Shown here in pieces: positions 59,986 through 64,000 of a DNA stretch of 64,000 bases (its first letter is position 1; the number at the start of each line of letters is the position of its first letter). Both the position numbers and the translations under genes were made by a program. The stretch lies in sequence record SRR9188677_168; one strand, 5' to 3'. The notes under the pieces were generated by a model. That model was not told the origin of the DNA. It did not search any database and was given only the letters and a program-made list of their open reading frames with translations.

Positions 59986-60554
59986 TGCGTAAACTGTTAG
60001 CGCTCTCTTTGTTATGCATGATGACTGTCGTTTCGTCTGTAAATGCGGCCACACAAGTCACCTTTGAAACTAACCAGGGCAACTTTACCGTTGAAGTGTA
60101 TGCCGATAAAGCCCCTAAAACGGTGGAAAATTTTCTGCAATACGTGAAAGATGGTTTTTACACCAATACTGTTTTTCACCGCGTGATTAGCCGCTTTATG
60201 ATCCAGGGCGGCGGTTTTGATCGTGAATTAACCGAGAAACCGACACGCGCACCGATTATTAATGAATCCAATAATGGCCTGCTAAACCAGACCGGTACCA
60301 TCGCCATGGCGCGCACCCAGGATCCTAATTCTGCGACGGCACAATTTTTTGTGAATGTGGCAGATAACCAGTTCCTCAATTACACCAGCCCGGAAGCAAG
60401 CATGATCGGCTATTGCGTGTTTGGTAAAGTGGTTTCCGGCATGGACGTAGTGTTCAAAATCAGTAATTTGCCTACCGGTAATCAACGCGGTTTTTCCGAC
60501 GTTCCGATTCGTACTGTCATTATCAAGCGCGCGACCATCGTCAGCGGCAAGTAA
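59985..60554 (+). CDS. ppiA: Periplasmic cyclophilin PPIase
   Basis: Signal peptide; FHRVI..FMIQGGG, AMART, QFFVN. Confidence 0.9.
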   Translation: MRKLLALSLLCMMTVVSSVNAATQVTFETNQGNFTVEVYADKAPKTVENFLQYVKDGFYTNTVFHRVISRFMIQGGGFDRELTEKPTRAPIINESNNGLLNQTGTIAMARTQDPNSATAQFFVNVADNQFLNYTSPEASMIGYCVFGKVVSGMDVVFKISNLPTGNQRGFSDVPIRTVIIKRATIVSGK

Positions 60555-60591
60555 TTTTTTTCAGCCTTTAAATCAATAAACGGAGAATGTT

Positions 60592-61086
60592 TTGGTAAAA
60601 CTCACTACCAACTTTGGCGATATCACTATCGAACTTTATGCTGAAAAAGCACCTATCACAGTAGCTAACTTTATCAGCTATGTTGAAAAAGGTTTTTACG
60701 ATGGGGTGATTTTTCACCGCGTGATTAAGGATTTTATGATTCAAGGTGGTGGCTTTGATGTCAACATGAAACAAAAAGCTACTGATGCCACCATCAAAAA
60801 TGAAGCCGACAATGGTTTATCTAATGATAAATACACACTGGCAATGGCGCGCACCATGGTGCCTGACTCCGCATCAGCACAGTTCTTCATCAACGTAAAA
60901 GACAATGACTTTTTGAACTTCACTTCTGCGACAACACAGGGCTGGGGCTACTGTGTATTTGGTAAAGTAGTTGAAGGTACGGATGTTGTCGATAAAATCA
61001 AAGCGGTTGCCACTGGTAACCGCGCCGGTCACCAGGATGTGCCCGTAGAGCCAGTGATTATCGAAAAAGCAGTTGTAGTCGCTTAA
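60592..61086 (+). CDS. ppiB: Cytoplasmic cyclophilin PPIase
   Basis: [27 protein letters not shown] start after GGAG; precedes lpxH. Confidence 0.92.
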   Translation: MVKLTTNFGDITIELYAEKAPITVANFISYVEKGFYDGVIFHRVIKDFMIQGGGFDVNMKQKATDATIKNEADNGLSNDKYTLAMARTMVPDSASAQFFINVKDNDFLNFTSATTQGWGYCVFGKVVEGTDVVDKIKAVATGNRAGHQDVPVEPVIIEKAVVVA

Positions 61087-61089
61087 GGC

Positions 61090-61836
61090 ATGACCACCTG
61101 GATCATTTCTGATCTGCACTTGAGTGCGCAAAGGCCTGCGGTAACGCAGGCTTTTTTGCATTGGCTGAAAGCAGAAGTCGCTCACGCAGAAGCGCTCTAT
61201 ATTCTCGGTGATTTTTTTGAGGTGTGGGTGGGTGATGATGTTTTGAAAAACGCTCAGCATGGCGCTGAATTTCTTCCTGTTGTACAAGCGTTACGCACAT
61301 TGTCTGATAGTGGCGTCAAACTGTATTTCATGCATGGCAACCGTGATTTCTTAATCGGTGACGATTTTGCCAAGGCATCAGGCTTGCAATTACTTGCAGA
61401 TCCCACCTTAATTAAGATGAGCAACAAACTCATTCTTTTGTCGCATGGCGATGCATTGTGCACGGATGATACAGCTTATCAGCAATTCCGTAGCCAGGTG
61501 CGCAGCCCGCAGTGGCAACACGCCTTTCTGGCACAGCCGTTAGCGGAGCGGATCGTCTTTGCCGAACAAGCGCGTAGCCAAAGCGCACAGAACAAAGTTA
61601 TGCAGTCCATAGATATCATGGATGTTAACCAGTCCGCGGTTGAGCAACTTTTAAACGAATTTGAGTACCCAGAGGTTTTATTGCATGGGCATACACACAG
61701 GCCGGATATGCACACCATAGTGTTTGATGGCCATATGTGTGAACGATGGGTGCTAGGGGATTGGCATGACACAGCTGTCGTCTGTCGAATGGATGACGAC
61801 AGGATTGAACTAGTCACATTGCAATTAAATCCCTGA
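61090..61836 (+). CDS. lpxH: UDP-2,3-diacylglucosamine diphosphatase
   Basis: ISDLHL, LGDFFE.W.GDD, GNRDF, HGD, HGHTHRP, LGDW. Confidence 0.95.
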   Translation: MTTWIISDLHLSAQRPAVTQAFLHWLKAEVAHAEALYILGDFFEVWVGDDVLKNAQHGAEFLPVVQALRTLSDSGVKLYFMHGNRDFLIGDDFAKASGLQLLADPTLIKMSNKLILLSHGDALCTDDTAYQQFRSQVRSPQWQHAFLAQPLAERIVFAEQARSQSAQNKVMQSIDIMDVNQSAVEQLLNEFEYPEVLLHGHTHRPDMHTIVFDGHMCERWVLGDWHDTAVVCRMDDDRIELVTLQLNP

Positions 61837-61860
61837 ATTTAGTTTCTGTAATATCAATAC

Positions 61861-61896
61861 AAAAAAAGCGCTCATTGAAATTGAGCGCTATTTTTT
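61861..61896. terminator. Bidirectional terminator between lpxH and nusB
   Basis: A7-GCGCTCA...TGAGCGCT-AT6. Confidence 0.8.
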
Positions 61897-61934
61897 GGGG
61901 AGCGGCTTTGTAAGCCTCAAAATGATTCATTGAA

Positions 61935-62474
61935 TTACTTTTTGATCTGATTTCCGAACTCTTGCGGCCTGACTTGCGCTGCAATTTTATCCAGGACGCC
62001 ATTGATGTATTTGTGCCCATCAATGCCACCGTACGATTTGGCCAGTTCCACGCCTTCATTGATTGCTACGCGGTATGGAATGCTCATGTCAAACATTAAT
62101 TCGTAACCGGAAATACGCAATACTGCATGTTCGATCGGGCTAAGTTCTTCAAGTTGACGGTCAATAAACTGGCTGATCATGGCATCAATATCAGCCGTAT
62201 GCTCAAGCACGCCTGTCAGTAATTGTTTGAAGTAGCCTTCGTCCGCTTTGGTGTAATCCGGGTCATCCAGACTATCAAACCGTAACTGTTTTACATCGCC
62301 GGCATTCATGCGGTTGCGATACAGCGCTTTTAATGCCAGTTCGCGTGATTTACGACGATTTTTAGTGCCTCTGCTTCTTGCTGAAGAGCCCTGCGGCTTA
62401 TCAGATGACTTGCTTGACGGGTCTTGATTGCCTGAGGCGTTCTCCCGACTCCCTGGGGTCTTTTCCTGACTCAT
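61935..62474 (-). CDS. nusB: Transcription antitermination factor NusB
   Basis: [27 protein letters not shown]...[10 protein letters not shown]; follows ribH. Confidence 0.95.
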   Translation of the reverse strand: MSQEKTPGSRENASGNQDPSSKSSDKPQGSSARSRGTKNRRKSRELALKALYRNRMNAGDVKQLRFDSLDDPDYTKADEGYFKQLLTGVLEHTADIDAMISQFIDRQLEELSPIEHAVLRISGYELMFDMSIPYRVAINEGVELAKSYGGIDGHKYINGVLDKIAAQVRPQEFGNQIKK

Positions 62475-62920
62475 AGTGCGTTTACCAGGTTGGCCATTTC
62501 GATGGCTACCTGCGCCGCTTCGGCGCCTTTAACCGCAACGCGTTCTTCTGCCTGCTCATCGTTTTCAGTAGTGAGAATCGCATTCGCCACCGGCACGCCG
62601 GTATCACGTTGCACTTCAGAAATGCCTCGTGCGGATTCATTGGAAACCACTTCGAAGTGGTAGGTTTCACCTCGGATAATGGCACCGAGCGCTATCAATG
62701 CATCATAGGTTTCAGTCAATGCCATATGCTGCAGCACCAGCGGGCTTTCCAAGGCGCCAGGTACGGTTGCCAGGGTGATGTCTTCGGCTTTAACACCCAG
62801 CTTCAACAACTCCTGTTCACAAGCGTGCAGCAGGCCTGTACCGATGTTTTCATTAAAACGTGAAAGAACGATACCGATTTTTTTGCCGGTACCGTCCAGA
62901 TTTGGGGAGATTTTATTCAC
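62471..62920 (-). CDS. ribH: 6,7-dimethyl-8-ribityllumazine synthase
   Basis: [19 protein letters not shown]. Confidence 0.96.
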   Translation of the reverse strand: MNKISPNLDGTGKKIGIVLSRFNENIGTGLLHACEQELLKLGVKAEDITLATVPGALESPLVLQHMALTETYDALIALGAIIRGETYHFEVVSNESARGISEVQRDTGVPVANAILTTENDEQAEERVAVKGAEAAQVAIEMANLVNAL

Positions 62921-62997
62921 TTGGAAATCCGTAGGCTAATACTTAAAACGTGTATTTTAACCCAAACCGCAGGTATCGCGTTTGATTGAATGGTGAG

Positions 62998-63036
62998 CAG
63001 GCTAAAAAGTGTTTGCTGATGCTACTTTTTAGCCTG
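62998..63036. terminator. Hairpin downstream of the MFS gene
   Basis: CAGGCTAAAAAGT...ACTTTTTAGCCTG perfect 13-bp inverted repeat. Confidence 0.55.
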
Positions 63037-63079
63037 TTTCTAGTCTTGCCTTATGAGGTTTTATTGCCGGCGAATTAGC

Positions 63080-64000
63080 CTAGGCAAACAGCGCCCAAGC
63101 CTTTTGTACCGTCATCGAGATGCCATAGGTGATTGGAATTAAAACTGCCAGCCAGGCCAGTCTGACCAGCCATGGCGAGCTAGGCTTGCCATCATTGATA
63201 GGCTTAACGTTTGTTGCGCCAGTTTCTTTGGATTTACCCAGGGATTGTTCAACAGCAAGTTCGGCATCGGTCATGAAGTATTTACTATCCACCGGCCTCA
63301 CCAGCAGATTGGCAACAAAACCAATGCCTAATAGCGCTGCAAGTGTCAGGAAAATCGGTGCATAGATGTCTGCAAACGGTACTTTCGCTTCCAGGCGTAC
63401 ATCATGCATGTAATTGACGATGACAGGCCCAACGATGCCTGCTGTGGACCATGCCGTGAGCAAACGGCCGTGAATTGCCCCTACAAACTGGGTGCCAAAC
63501 AGATCAGCAAGATAGGCAGGAATGGTAGCAAAACCGCCACCGTACATGGAAGCAATCACGCAGAATGCGATCAAAAACAGCGCAAGCTGGTGATGGTTGG
63601 CAGCATAGGTGGCGGTGATATACATGAATGCGCCGAGTACAAAAAAGATGAAATAGGTATTACGCCGTCCCAGTTTGTCTGAAGATGTTGCCCAGCCAAT
63701 GCGGCCGAAGATATTAAATACCGAAATCAGTCCGACAAAACCGGCACCTACAGCGGCTGCCGCAGCAGTCAATGACTCATCCGCTTTGATATCGGCAAAA
63801 GTCAGTGATGGTTGTGCGATCAGTTTGCCGCCAAAAGTTTCCTGGAGCATAGGTGCCGCAGCGCCAATAATACCAATCGCTGCTGACACGTTCATGCACA
63901 AGATCAGCCACAGTAGCCAGAATTGCGGTGTTTTATGTGCATTTTTCAGGTGTACATGTTTGTTCACCACCATACGTTTATGCTGCTGGTCTGGTGGTGT
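63080..64000 (-). CDS. OFA-family MFS transporter (5' end outside the window)
   Basis: Frame is open to the window edge; SMYGGGFATIPAYLADLFG, IHGRLLTAWS. Confidence 0.88.
   Translation of the reverse strand, partial: TPPDQQHKRMVVNKHVHLKNAHKTPQFWLLWLILCMNVSAAIGIIGAAAPMLQETFGGKLIAQPSLTFADIKADESLTAAAAAVGAGFVGLISVFNIFGRIGWATSSDKLGRRNTYFIFFVLGAFMYITATYAANHHQLALFLIAFCVIASMYGGGFATIPAYLADLFGTQFVGAIHGRLLTAWSTAGIVGPVIVNYMHDVRLEAKVPFADIYAPIFLTLAALLGIGFVANLLVRPVDSKYFMTDAELAVEQSLGKSKETGATNVKPINDGKPSSPWLVRLAWLAVLIPITYGISMTVQKAWALFA

Overview
Chromosomal window from a betaproteobacterium; the gene repertoire and protein styles suggest Methylophilaceae (inference, not verified). Housekeeping genes occupy both ends: psd, ilvIHC on the left; mnmA, nudJ, rlhA-like U32, bioA, dacB, coq7, ctpA, yoaA/dinG, arfB, argJ, cysS, ppiAB, lpxH, nusB, ribH on the right. 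About 4.5-39 kb is dominated by iron acquisition, marked by eight Fur-box-like 19-mers. It contains a cysteine-free ribosomal S4 paralog, hemP, tonB-exbB-exbD, azurin, a hutZ-hemS-hmuTUV heme module, four siderophore-type TonB-dependent receptors and piuC. The best candidate for an undescribed system is 32.26-38.97 kb, two convergent Fur-boxed units. The first has a 66-aa orphan, a ~370-nt highly structured leader, two distantly related PEP-CTERM surface proteins whose leaders share RNA hairpin motifs, and an atypical heme-type TonB receptor. The second has two PEP-CTERM-anchored zinc metalloproteases. By inference this looks like a surface-anchored heme/metalloprotein scavenging apparatus with its own RNA-level control. 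No rRNA, tRNA, CRISPR array, integrase or transposase was recognised. All family calls come from motif recognition by eye; no searches were run.
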